Assembly (NCBI GenBank): GCA_964291395.2
Contig: OZ219856.1
Location: 2,048,001-2,112,000 of the forward strand
Direction of reading: 5' to 3'
DNA length: 64,000 nt
From: Alphaproteobacteria bacterium
Lineage (GTDB): Bacteria; Pseudomonadota; Alphaproteobacteria; UBA2966
Shown here one piece after another: positions 1 to 9,255 of the stretch. A model generated the notes under the pieces. The model was given only the letters and a program-made list of their open reading frames with translations, was not told the origin of the DNA and searched no databases. Made by a program: the position numbers and the translations under genes. How positions within the stretch are numbered: position 1 is the first letter of the stretch; each line of letters starts with the position of its first letter.

Positions 1-437
1 TGACCACGTTCACCGTCGGTCACACCAAGACGCCAGCGCGGGAGTTTTTCGGGAAGCTCTCAAACGCGGGGGTGCGCCGCGTGATCGACGTGCGGCTGAG
101 GAATACGTCAGCGCTGACCGGATATGCGCGCAGGGACGATCTGGCATACCTGCTGGAATCCTTCGCCGGAATTCACTATGTGCACGCGCCGGAACTCGCG
201 CCCGACGAAGGGCTCTTCAACGACTACAAGAAGAAGGGGCTGCCCTGGGCCGAGTACGAGCCCCGCTTTCTGGCCCTCATGGAAGCGCGCGAGATCGAGA
301 AGAAGGTCGACCCGGCGCTCCTGGTGAACACCTGTCTGCTATGCGCCGAAAAGACGCCGCACCACTGCCACCGGCGCCTCGTCCTCGAGTACCTGCAGGA
401 CAAATGGAGAATGGAACTCGACGTAGTGCATCTGTAA
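1..437 (+). CDS. DUF488-family protein (start codon cut by the window edge)
   Basis: The frame is open upstream of the listed GTG at 72 and reads (M)TTFTVGHTKTPAREFFGKLSNAGVRRVIDVRL. It has the FTxG, IDVR, ELAP and LLCAExxxxxCHRRLV motifs typical of DUF488. Confidence 0.8.
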   Translation, partial: TTFTVGHTKTPAREFFGKLSNAGVRRVIDVRLRNTSALTGYARRDDLAYLLESFAGIHYVHAPELAPDEGLFNDYKKKGLPWAEYEPRFLALMEAREIEKKVDPALLVNTCLLCAEKTPHHCHRRLVLEYLQDKWRMELDVVHL

Positions 438-635
438 CGCCGGTCCTCAAGTACCGGGAATGCTGAGCTCGGTGACGCTCGGGGCCGAGGCAGGTTGAAA
501 CATCAACCCCCGTCGGGTGTCGAAGCCGGCGGCGTAACGGTTCACCCCCGCGCACGGCGGGGCTCAAGCGCGTTGCGGCGAGTGTCTGACCAGAGAGCCA
601 GCCCGCCGTCTCCTCCATTCCGAGTACGTTAAAAT

Positions 636-1967
636 CTATCCCCGGCCGATGACGCCATCGGACATCAACTGCTCGATCGTGCCATCGATCGCCCGCAGGG
701 TAATTTCGACGTCTTCGTCCGTGTGCGCGGAAGAGGTGAGGCCGCCCAAGTGGGACATGTTGTTGATGCCGCGCTCGAGCAAGGCCTGCTGGTAGGCGAG
801 CACCGTCGACGACGGGATTCCCCGGATCTCCTCGGGCGTCAGTCCCTCTACGGAATCCCGGGACGGCGTATTGCCGAAATGGATGTGGAAGGTCGACGAC
901 TCGCCGTATACCGCGCCCGGAACCTGGCGCTCCTCAAGGATGGTGCGGATACCCTCGCGTATCTTCTCGGCGATGGCATCGGCGTGCTTGTGCGGCTCGC
1001 CCGTCTTGACGATCTTGAGCGTAGCAACGGCCGGCGCGGCGACAAGGGGTGCGCCGTTGAACGTGCCCTTGTGGACGACCTTGCGTTCGGCGTGGGTGGT
1101 CGTGCGCGGATTGAGCACCTCCATGATGTCGGCCTTGCCGCCGAGGGCACCTCCCGGATTCCCTCCGGTGACGATCTTGGCCATGCAGGTCATGTCGGGA
1201 ACGATGCCGGTGAGACCCTGAACGCCGCCCGGACTCCACCGGAACCCCGTGATCACTTCGTCGAAGATGAGAACGACGCCATACTTGTCCGTCAGATCCC
1301 GAAGCTCCTGAAGGAAATTGGCCGGCAGGGGAACCGATCCCCAGTTCGCGCCGGAGGCCTCGACCATGACGGCGGCGATGTCGTCATTGGACTTCAATGT
1401 CTCCTCCACCTTGGCGGGATCGGTGGGCAACACGATGATCGACTCCGCCGCGCCCGACACCACACCCGCCCCCGGCGCCTCGTCGTAAGGCGCTTCCGAT
1501 CCCGTGATGGTGATGTCGCTCCACCCGTTGTAGTGGTTCTGGAAACGGACGATCTTGGCCCTGCCCGTATAGGCGCGCGCGACGCGTGCCGCCAACAATG
1601 TGGACTCCGACCCCGATGCCACGAAGCGGACGCGCTCCGCCGACGGCATCAATTCCTGGACCATGCCTGCCCACTCGACCTCCAGTGCATGACAGCTGGC
1701 CGTGTAGGTGCCATGGGGCGCCTGTTCCTGAATGGCCTTGACGACGTCGGGGTGGGCATGACCGAGGAGCAGTGAAGCGCTTCCCATCGAGTAGTCGATG
1801 TACTCATTGCCTTCCACATCCCACATGCGGGAACCCTTGGCGCGCCCGATATAGACGGGGTCACCGTTCTTGCGCCGGTTGGGGTGTGAAATCCCGCCCG
1901 GCATGGTTTCCAGGGCCCGCGTCCAAAGATCCTGCTGCGAACTGGTGGTATCGGCCGTCGAAGACAT
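636..1967 (-). CDS. Class III PLP aminotransferase, glutamate-1-semialdehyde 2,1-aminomutase-like
   Basis: Motifs WDVEGNEYIDY, LLGHAHP, RFVASGSE, LIFDEVITGFR, MAKIVTGG (PLP Lys) and GTFNG. ATG at 1967 follows GGAGAG. Looks divergent from canonical HemL. Confidence 0.8.
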   Translation of the reverse strand: MSSTADTTSSQQDLWTRALETMPGGISHPNRRKNGDPVYIGRAKGSRMWDVEGNEYIDYSMGSASLLLGHAHPDVVKAIQEQAPHGTYTASCHALEVEWAGMVQELMPSAERVRFVASGSESTLLAARVARAYTGRAKIVRFQNHYNGWSDITITGSEAPYDEAPGAGVVSGAAESIIVLPTDPAKVEETLKSNDDIAAVMVEASGANWGSVPLPANFLQELRDLTDKYGVVLIFDEVITGFRWSPGGVQGLTGIVPDMTCMAKIVTGGNPGGALGGKADIMEVLNPRTTTHAERKVVHKGTFNGAPLVAAPAVATLKIVKTGEPHKHADAIAEKIREGIRTILEERQVPGAVYGESSTFHIHFGNTPSRDSVEGLTPEEIRGIPSSTVLAYQQALLERGINNMSHLGGLTSSAHTDEDVEITLRAIDGTIEQLMSDGVIGRG

Positions 1968-2166
1968 GTCGCTCTCTCCCATGTGGGTCGCCCCGGGGAC
2001 CGCCGGGTCAACGAGCGCGCATGATGGCACACGAGGCGCACACGAGCCAGAGCGCGCCGCACGCTCGAGCGGTGCTCGCGGGGGCATCCGGCAGGCAAAT
2101 CCCGTCAGCATGGTAACGCGTGGGCCGAGCCCGGGAAGACCGACGTGAACGTGATCGAGCCCCGCG

Positions 2167-2496
2167 TCACCTCGGTGTGGTGTTCGTCTCCGCGCCAAGC
2201 CAACTCAGGTAATCGGCGTTTCCGTCCAGGATCGGCCACGAAACGACACAAGGGACATCATAGGAATGGAGTTCCTTGACCCGCCTCGTAAGAGCCTCCA
2301 TCAACTCGGTACGGGACTTCAGAATCACCACGACTTCGGGATCATCCTGTACCTCACCGTCCCACCAATAAAGCGACCGCACGCCATCAATCACGTTGGC
2401 GCAGGCGGCGAGACGCTCCTCGACCAACGCCTTTCCAATCCCCACGGCCTCGTCCTTGTCGGATGCCGTGATGTAGACGGAACAGTAGGTTTTCAT
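2167..2496 (-). CDS. cutA: Divalent-cation tolerance protein CutA
   Basis: LVEERLAACAN, SLYWWDG and ELHSYDVPC motifs. Its ATG overlaps the ctaA stop (ATGA). Confidence 0.92.
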   Translation of the reverse strand: MKTYCSVYITASDKDEAVGIGKALVEERLAACANVIDGVRSLYWWDGEVQDDPEVVVILKSRTELMEALTRRVKELHSYDVPCVVSWPILDGNADYLSWLGAETNTTPR

Positions 2497-3587
2497 ATGT
2501 CGACCCCCGACCTCCGGCCCGTGGAACGCCGAAGCGCGAATGCTGCGGTAACCATTGAACCAAACAAAATCATGGCGCCAGCCTGATGCGCGGCCGCGAC
2601 GGGCACTGGGACAACCAGCACCACGGTCGCGACGCCGAGGGCGGTCTGCAGGAGAACCGCAGCGGCCATGGCGTGCAGCGCCATTCGGGGGAACCCGCCA
2701 TGCGCGCGGGAGCGTTCTCGCCACCACAGAATGAGAATAGCGGCAGCCGTCGAGACGGCGAGCCATCGATGACCGAACTGCACGGTGATCGTGTTCTCGG
2801 TGAAGTTCGTGTACCAGGGTATCCCGGCCAGGATCCCTTCCGGGATCCACATGCCATTCATGGTCGGAAAGGTGTTGTAAGCGAATCCGGCGTCGAGACC
2901 CGCGACCAGGGCCCCAGACAGAATCGTTGCGAAGACCGCCGCCAGACAGACCACAGCACCGCGATGATGTCGCCATACGGGACCGTCATCGCGATCATCA
3001 CCAAGCAGCGATGTCAGTGCCGCCCACAGCAGCAAGCCGAAGATGACTACCGCCAAACCCAAATGGACCGCGAGCCGGTAGTGGCTGACATCGGGCTGAT
3101 CCACCAGGCCACTCCGGACCATCCACCAGCCCACGACTCCCTGTACCGCGCCGAGACAGAAAATCACCGCCAACCGGCAGGCGGTTTTGGGACCGATGCG
3201 ACGCACATACAGAAACCACAGGAAAGGTAGAAGAAAAACGACCCCGATCGTCCGGCCCAGCAACCGATGAAGATACTCAAACCAGAAAATCGATTTGAAC
3301 TCGCCGAGCGACATTCCCTGATTGAGCTTCTGGTATTCGGGAAACCGCTTGTAGTTCTCGAACGCAGCACCCCACGCGGCCTCGTCGAGAGGCGGCAGCC
3401 ATCCCGTAACCGGCCGCCATTCAACCATCGACAGACCCGAATGGGTAAGGCGGGTCAAACCTCCCACGACGACCGTCAGGAGAACCAGGAAGGTGCAGAC
3501 GAGAAGCCAGATCGCCACGGGACGCACGATAGCCGCCCGGGCATCGGAACTTGCGGTCGCGGTAGCCGTCATTCCCGAGATGTACAC
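2493..3587 (-). CDS. ctaA: Heme A synthase (COX15/CtaA type 2)
   Basis: GGLTRLTHSGLSMVEWRP, FWFEYLHRLLGR, GWWMVRSGL, YRLAVHL, LDAGFAYNTFP and QFGHRWLA motifs; multiple TM segments. Alternative ATG at 3572. Confidence 0.93.
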   Translation of the reverse strand: MYISGMTATATASSDARAAIVRPVAIWLLVCTFLVLLTVVVGGLTRLTHSGLSMVEWRPVTGWLPPLDEAAWGAAFENYKRFPEYQKLNQGMSLGEFKSIFWFEYLHRLLGRTIGVVFLLPFLWFLYVRRIGPKTACRLAVIFCLGAVQGVVGWWMVRSGLVDQPDVSHYRLAVHLGLAVVIFGLLLWAALTSLLGDDRDDGPVWRHHRGAVVCLAAVFATILSGALVAGLDAGFAYNTFPTMNGMWIPEGILAGIPWYTNFTENTITVQFGHRWLAVSTAAAILILWWRERSRAHGGFPRMALHAMAAAVLLQTALGVATVVLVVPVPVAAAHQAGAMILFGSMVTAAFALRRSTGRRSGVDI

Positions 3588-3626
3588 GACTTCAGGGGGA
3601 AACGGGAGGTGATGGCGTGGGATGGG

Positions 3627-4502
3627 TCACGCCCGCTCGTAGTAGGGACGATCCCCTTCAATCTGCGTGCGGTGCATGACACGACGGTCGTCGTTGTCGA
3701 AAGCGTCCCGCCGGTGCAGAACCGCGCGATTATCCCACATCAGGAGGTCGCCCACCCGCCATCGATGGTGCCAGGTGAAGGCGCTCTGAGTCGCATGGGC
3801 CCAAACGGCATCCAACAAGGCGTCGCTCTCTTCCACGGGGAGTCCCGGAACGTACGCGTTCCGCCGGCGCCCCAGAAACAGGGCGTGACGTCCGGTTTCA
3901 GGATGTGTCCGAAACATCGGATGTCGAGCTCCCGGCGTCCGGGTCACGTCCGTCACTTCCTCGTAGCCCCGGCGCAGGAATCCTGCACTATTCAGGCTGT
4001 GATCGTGCACGCAGACGCGGTCCTCGAGCTTTGAACGCAATTCATCCGGCAGCATCTCGTACGCGAGATACATGTTGGCGAAACCGGTATCGCCGCCGGA
4101 GGGAGGAACCTCCAGGGCGTATAGGATGGCCCCCATAATCGGTTCTTCGAGGTAAGACATGTCGGTGTGCCAGATCGCCTCACCGTTCCCGAGACTGCCG
4201 ATGGGAATTCCATCCTTGGTCACGTTCGAGATGATCGCCACTTCGGGATAGCCCTCGGGCGATCGAGAGCGGCCTTCCATCCGGGCTTCGCCGAGCGGTG
4301 CCAGACGAGGTTCTCCAAAATACCTACTGAATCGCACGAGATCGGCGTCCGAGATGTCTTGATCGCGGATCAACAGCACCAAGTGGTCTCGCCAAGTCTG
4401 CTTGACGACTTCGATCGAGTCGGGATCGAGCCCTCGACGCAAGTCCAGCCCCCGGATTTCAGCGCCAAGAGCCTCACCGGTTGGTAAAATCTCGACAGTC
4501 AT
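3627..4502 (-). CDS. TauD/TfdA-family Fe(II)/2-oxoglutarate dioxygenase
   Basis: LGAEIRGLDL, WHTDMSY (HxD), GGDTGFANM, WDNRAVLHRR and RVMHRT motifs. ATG at 4502 follows a purine-rich RBS. Confidence 0.88.
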   Translation of the reverse strand: MTVEILPTGEALGAEIRGLDLRRGLDPDSIEVVKQTWRDHLVLLIRDQDISDADLVRFSRYFGEPRLAPLGEARMEGRSRSPEGYPEVAIISNVTKDGIPIGSLGNGEAIWHTDMSYLEEPIMGAILYALEVPPSGGDTGFANMYLAYEMLPDELRSKLEDRVCVHDHSLNSAGFLRRGYEEVTDVTRTPGARHPMFRTHPETGRHALFLGRRRNAYVPGLPVEESDALLDAVWAHATQSAFTWHHRWRVGDLLMWDNRAVLHRRDAFDNDDRRVMHRTQIEGDRPYYERA

Positions 4503-4752
4503 CCTTCCCTTCGACACCCTTCCGAACGTGCTCGGGGTCGCGGCGGACCCCATCCGCCTTGCTTCTTCCCAGACGTTAGTTCAGCACTTGGATCGCATTC
4601 AAGTACACGGGCCACGACAAGAAGTCGCGTGTCATCATATTCGGCGATCCGCCGTCGCCGTAGAGCCGCGCAGACCACGTGGCCCGAGGCGGACCGGCGT
4701 GCTATGAAGGATGACGGTCAGCAGCATGACATGCCGCCTCGAGGACGGAGCC

Positions 4753-5847
4753 ATGAAAATTCACGATCTCGCCCTCTATCGGGTCGAAATTCCCCTGCAC
4801 GTTCCCTACGTCACCAAACTCCAGCCGGACGGGCTCAAGACGATCGATACCATTGTCTGCGAGGTACATGACGAAGACGGTCGCGCCGGTGTGGGAGATG
4901 CCACGATCCTCCCGGGGTATACACACGAAACGTGCGATGGCGGCTGGAAGTTCTGCCTCGAGCACGGCGAACGCATCGTCGGAATGGAAACCCGGGAAGC
5001 CAAGACCAGTCTCGATCCTTACCGGTTCAGCGATGCGCATGCCGTCAGCGCCCTGCAGGTCGCGATCGAGATGATGGAGGAGAACCCCTTGTTCGATCTG
5101 CCAGGCGAGCCGACCGAGGTGCCCATCCTCGGCGCCGTCAATACCAAGGTACTGGATAAGATTCCCGACGAAGTCGACAGGCTCATCGAGAAAGGGCATC
5201 GAACCCTCAAGGTCAAGGTCGGTTGGGAGCCCGCGGCCGACCTCGATCGTCTCGAGATCATTCAGAAGGCCAATGCCGGGCGCGCAGACATCCGGATCGA
5301 TGCCAACCAGGGATTCTCCCGCGAGGACGGCATCGAATTCGCGACGTCCCTGGAGTCGGATGGTGAACTGCAGTTGTTCGAGCAACCCTGCGACAAGGCG
5401 GACTGGGACAGCAATGCCGCGGTGGCTGCCGTCTCGAACGTGCCCGTGATGATGGATGAATCCATATACGGAATCGTTGACGTCGAGCGCGCGGGCGCCA
5501 TGCACGGCTGCGGATTCGTCAAGCTCAAGATCTCGAAACTCACAGGCGTCGATCTGCTCAAGCAAGGACTCGACCGCATCCGGGAACTGGGAATGACTCC
5601 GGTGCTGGGCAACGGTGCCGCGTCGGACGTAGGCTGTTTCGTCGAGTCCTGCGTGGCGCGCCATGCGATCGACAACGCGGCCGAGAACAACGGATACCTC
5701 AAGAACAGCGAACAGCTTTTCAAGGAAACCCTGCCATTCCGCGATGGGTCGATCATTCTCGAAAAAGACTTCAAGCCGGAGCTGAATCACGGCACGGTCA
5801 ATCGCCTCAAGCTCGACGAAGCGCGCTTCGCCCCCGTGCAGGCCTGA
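4753..5847 (+). CDS. Enolase-superfamily enzyme (mandelate racemase/muconate lactonizing family, MLE subgroup), paralogue 1
   Basis: KxK motif TLKVKVG; metal ligands in RIDANQG, FEQP and MDES; KxxK at strand 6 (VKLKISK). RBS GGAG precedes ATG 4753. Confidence 0.85.
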   Translation: MKIHDLALYRVEIPLHVPYVTKLQPDGLKTIDTIVCEVHDEDGRAGVGDATILPGYTHETCDGGWKFCLEHGERIVGMETREAKTSLDPYRFSDAHAVSALQVAIEMMEENPLFDLPGEPTEVPILGAVNTKVLDKIPDEVDRLIEKGHRTLKVKVGWEPAADLDRLEIIQKANAGRADIRIDANQGFSREDGIEFATSLESDGELQLFEQPCDKADWDSNAAVAAVSNVPVMMDESIYGIVDVERAGAMHGCGFVKLKISKLTGVDLLKQGLDRIRELGMTPVLGNGAASDVGCFVESCVARHAIDNAAENNGYLKNSEQLFKETLPFRDGSIILEKDFKPELNHGTVNRLKLDEARFAPVQA

Positions 5848-5883
5848 TCCGCCGCCTCGCGCGGGGTTGCGGGTGACGACCCC

Positions 5884-6978
5884 GTGACGCGCCTCGAGTC
5901 GTTCACGCTTTGGCGCCTTCGGGTGCCGCTTATCCGGCCCTATCACCTGACCGGGGTCACGCTGTCCGACCTGGACGTTCTGCTCGCCGAGGCGAGCGAC
6001 GCAGAGGGGCGGGCCGGATATGGTGAAGCCGTCATCGTTCCGCACTACACGAGGGAGACGACCGAGTCTGGCTGGGAATTTTGCCTCAAGCAGTCGGCTC
6101 TTCTGGTCGGAATGGCACCGTCCGAAGCAAAACGGACGCTCGAGCCCCATCGCATCGCCTATCCGCACGCGGCGACGGTCCTGCAGGTCTCGATCGAAAT
6201 GATGGAAGGACATGCCCTGCTGGAACCGCCATCCCTGCCCACACGCGTGCCACTGTCGATGGCCGTGATGAGTCAGGACCCGCGCGAGATTCCATCCGAG
6301 GTGGAGGAACATCTCAACGCAGGGTTCCGAACCTTGAAGCTCAAGGGCGGCTGGGATCTGGAGGGCGATCTGAAGCGACTCGCCGCGGTCCAGGTAGCCG
6401 CGGCAGATGCGGCAGAAATCCGCTTCGATGCCAATCAGGGTTACACCAGGGAAACGGCGGTGCAGTTGATGGAGCGGATCGATCCCCGAGGAATCGAAAG
6501 CATCGAACAGCCGTGCGCCGCGGACGATTGGGAAGCAAACGCGGCCGCCGCCGCGGCCTCACCGGTCCCTCTGAAGCTAGACGAATCGATTTACGAGCTC
6601 GCCGACATCGATCGCGCCGCGGAGATGAAGGGCTGCGGATACGTCAAGATGATGCTGGTGAAGAGAAACGGCTTGTCCCGACTTGGGGAAGCGCTGGAGC
6701 GCATCCGTGAAGCGGGCCTGTCGTCGGTGTTGGGAAACGGCGCCTCCACCGACGTCAACTGCTGGGCCGAGGCCTGTGTGGCCCGTCACACGATCGGCAA
6801 CGCCGGAGAGATGAACGGATTTCTCAAAAATCGCGAGCAACTGTGGCGGGAACCGCTGACGTTCGAAAACGGCGCAATCGTTCTCGATCCAGCGTTCGTG
6901 CCGGCGCTCAATCATGAGCTCGTCGATCGTTTGAGCATTGCCAAGGAACGCTTTACCCGGTCCTCGGCAGGCGGCTAA
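5884..6978 (+). CDS. Enolase-superfamily enzyme, paralogue 2
   Basis: Colinear with paralogue 1: TLKLKGG, RFDANQG, IEQP, LDES, VLGNGA. GTG start. Confidence 0.85.
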   Translation: MTRLESFTLWRLRVPLIRPYHLTGVTLSDLDVLLAEASDAEGRAGYGEAVIVPHYTRETTESGWEFCLKQSALLVGMAPSEAKRTLEPHRIAYPHAATVLQVSIEMMEGHALLEPPSLPTRVPLSMAVMSQDPREIPSEVEEHLNAGFRTLKLKGGWDLEGDLKRLAAVQVAAADAAEIRFDANQGYTRETAVQLMERIDPRGIESIEQPCAADDWEANAAAAAASPVPLKLDESIYELADIDRAAEMKGCGYVKMMLVKRNGLSRLGEALERIREAGLSSVLGNGASTDVNCWAEACVARHTIGNAGEMNGFLKNREQLWREPLTFENGAIVLDPAFVPALNHELVDRLSIAKERFTRSSAGG

Positions 6979-7008
6979 GTTCCTGTCCACCAAGGACGGG
7001 GAGGAACC

Positions 7009-7749
7009 ATGACGGGCAATCTAATCGTCACGGGCGGCGGTCGCGGCATCGGCGCGGCGACGGCTCTCATGGCCGCGGATCGCGGCTACGACATCTGCGT
7101 CAACTATCTGGAGCGCGGGGACCGTGCCGACGAAGTCGTCGAGAAGGCCAAGTCAAAGGGTCGCAAAGCCATTGCCGTCCAAGCGGATGTCGCGAAGGAG
7201 GCCGATGTTGCCCGCATGTTCGAAACCGTTGACAAGGAGCTCGGCGGCCTGGACGCCCTGGTGAACAGCGCCGGAGTCACCGGCGGGATCAGCCGGCTCG
7301 ACGATGAACGGATCAACGAGGAACTCCTCGCCAATCTCTGGTCCATCAACATCACCGGAACCGTCATTCCCTGCCGCTACGCGGTCCGGCGCATGTCGAC
7401 GAACCATGGCGGTAGGGGTGGCTCAATCGTCAACGTGGGCTCCGTTGCCTCAAAGCTCGGCGCAGGGGGCAAATACATCCACTACGCCGCCAGCAAAGGC
7501 GCAGTCGACAGTTTCACAATCGGATTGGCCGGAGAAGTCGCGGGAGAGGGAATCCGTGTGAACTGCGTTCGGCCCGGGATTACGGATACCGAAATTCAAC
7601 CGCCTGGCTTGGTGGAAGAGATGGGCCCCAAACTCCCGATCAAACGCGTCGCGCAAGCGAACGAAATCGCATCCGTAATCCTGCATCTGCTGTCCGACGA
7701 AGCGTCCTACGTCTCGGGCGCCCTCGTCGACATTGCGGGGTCGATGTAG
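7009..7749 (+). CDS. Short-chain dehydrogenase/reductase
   Basis: TGGGRGIG, VNSAG, YAASK and VRPG motifs; strong GGAGG RBS. Confidence 0.9.
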   Translation: MTGNLIVTGGGRGIGAATALMAADRGYDICVNYLERGDRADEVVEKAKSKGRKAIAVQADVAKEADVARMFETVDKELGGLDALVNSAGVTGGISRLDDERINEELLANLWSINITGTVIPCRYAVRRMSTNHGGRGGSIVNVGSVASKLGAGGKYIHYAASKGAVDSFTIGLAGEVAGEGIRVNCVRPGITDTEIQPPGLVEEMGPKLPIKRVAQANEIASVILHLLSDEASYVSGALVDIAGSM

Positions 7750-7788
7750 CCACGCTGTCTTTCCACCCAGCGACAGGACAGTCATCCG

Positions 7789-9213
7789 ATGTCGGACGAA
7801 CTTCTCTACCTTTCCGCGACCGAACTGCTGGACGCCTACAGGAGCAAACGCGTCTCCCCGGTCGAAGTCATCGACACGGTACTGGCCCGCATTCAGGAGC
7901 TGCAGCCCACCGTCAACGCCTTCGTGACCGTTTGCCATGATGACGCCCGGAAGACAGCACAAGACGCCGAAGCCGCCCTTTCGAGCGGCGAGGGCGAGGG
8001 CGCGATCGCCGGTATCCCTTACTCCGTCAAGGACCTGGTGCCGACCAAAGGCGTGCGCACGACGTTCGGCTCCGCGGTCTTCGGTGACAATGTCCCCAAC
8101 CACGACTCCGTGGCGGCCGAACGATTGATGGGTGCGGGCGGAGTTCTTCTCGGCAAGACGACGACCCCCGCCCTCGGCCACAAGGCCGTCACGACCAGCC
8201 TGGTCTCCGGAGTCTCCCGCAACCCCTGGAACCTCGAACGCACTTGCGGCGGGTCGAGCGGCGGTGCCGCGGCCGCCGTGGCCAGCGGACAGGGGCCACT
8301 GGCGCTCGGCACGGACGGCGGCGGGTCGGTCCGGATTCCCGCGAGCGCCTGCGGCATCGTGGGCCTAAAGCCAACCCTGGGCCGCGTCCCGCAGGAGTCG
8401 GCGCCGGACCTTTTCGGGACCTTGAGCTATATCGGCCCGATGACCCGAACCGTCGCAGACGCGGCACTGATGCTTTCCGTGATGGCAGGCCCCCACACTT
8501 CGGACCCCTGGTCCCGGGGACAGCCCACCCTTCCCGACTTGTCGTTCCCGGAGGTACCGTCCTTGCCCGGGAACCTCAAAGCGGCATGGTTTCCCTTCCT
8601 GGGAAATTCCATAATCGATGACGGCGTCAAACGTGTCGTCGAAGGGGCGGTCCAGAGTCTTTGCGGCCTCGGCCTCGGCATCGAGCCCGAGGAAGACATG
8701 CTGGAGGCGGGCGACGCGATGTGGCGGGCGATCGGATACTCCGCCCAGTACGCGCGCATGGCATCCCATCTCGACTCCACGCCCGACCTCATCGACCCGT
8801 CCTTGAAGACCAACATGGACGAGGGCATGCAGGTCAGCGGGCGCGATCTTCAGGATGGCCTGTTCGCGCGCAGCAACATTTACCGCGCGATCGAGAAGGT
8901 CTTCGAGGGGTTCGACCTGATGATCACCCCGACCCTCGCCGCGCCGCCACCGGTCGCCGACTTCGACGCCCACCAAGACATCGAGATCGGGGGCACACGG
9001 GCGGGCAAGCTCAGAGCCGCCTGGTACGCGTACACGCACCCCTTCAACATGTCGGGGCACCCGGCGATCACGCTGCCCTGCGGGTGGACGGACGATGGGC
9101 TGCCGGTGGGCATTCAACTGGTCGCCCCTTGGTATCGAGAAGACCGGCTACTGCGGGTCGCGGCGGCCTTCGAACAGGCGAACCCGTGGGCCCACAAGCG
9201 ACCCGGCATTTGA
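7789..9213 (+). CDS. Amidase-signature family amidase
   Basis: Catalytic Lys in SVKD, GGSSGG, and GTDGGGSVRIPAS give the Ser-cisSer-Lys triad. C-terminal GLPVGIQLV. Confidence 0.92.
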   Translation: MSDELLYLSATELLDAYRSKRVSPVEVIDTVLARIQELQPTVNAFVTVCHDDARKTAQDAEAALSSGEGEGAIAGIPYSVKDLVPTKGVRTTFGSAVFGDNVPNHDSVAAERLMGAGGVLLGKTTTPALGHKAVTTSLVSGVSRNPWNLERTCGGSSGGAAAAVASGQGPLALGTDGGGSVRIPASACGIVGLKPTLGRVPQESAPDLFGTLSYIGPMTRTVADAALMLSVMAGPHTSDPWSRGQPTLPDLSFPEVPSLPGNLKAAWFPFLGNSIIDDGVKRVVEGAVQSLCGLGLGIEPEEDMLEAGDAMWRAIGYSAQYARMASHLDSTPDLIDPSLKTNMDEGMQVSGRDLQDGLFARSNIYRAIEKVFEGFDLMITPTLAAPPPVADFDAHQDIEIGGTRAGKLRAAWYAYTHPFNMSGHPAITLPCGWTDDGLPVGIQLVAPWYREDRLLRVAAAFEQANPWAHKRPGI

Positions 9214-9255
9214 CCGACGACACGGATTCCGCTGTCTTGGTCCGACCGCCCCTGT

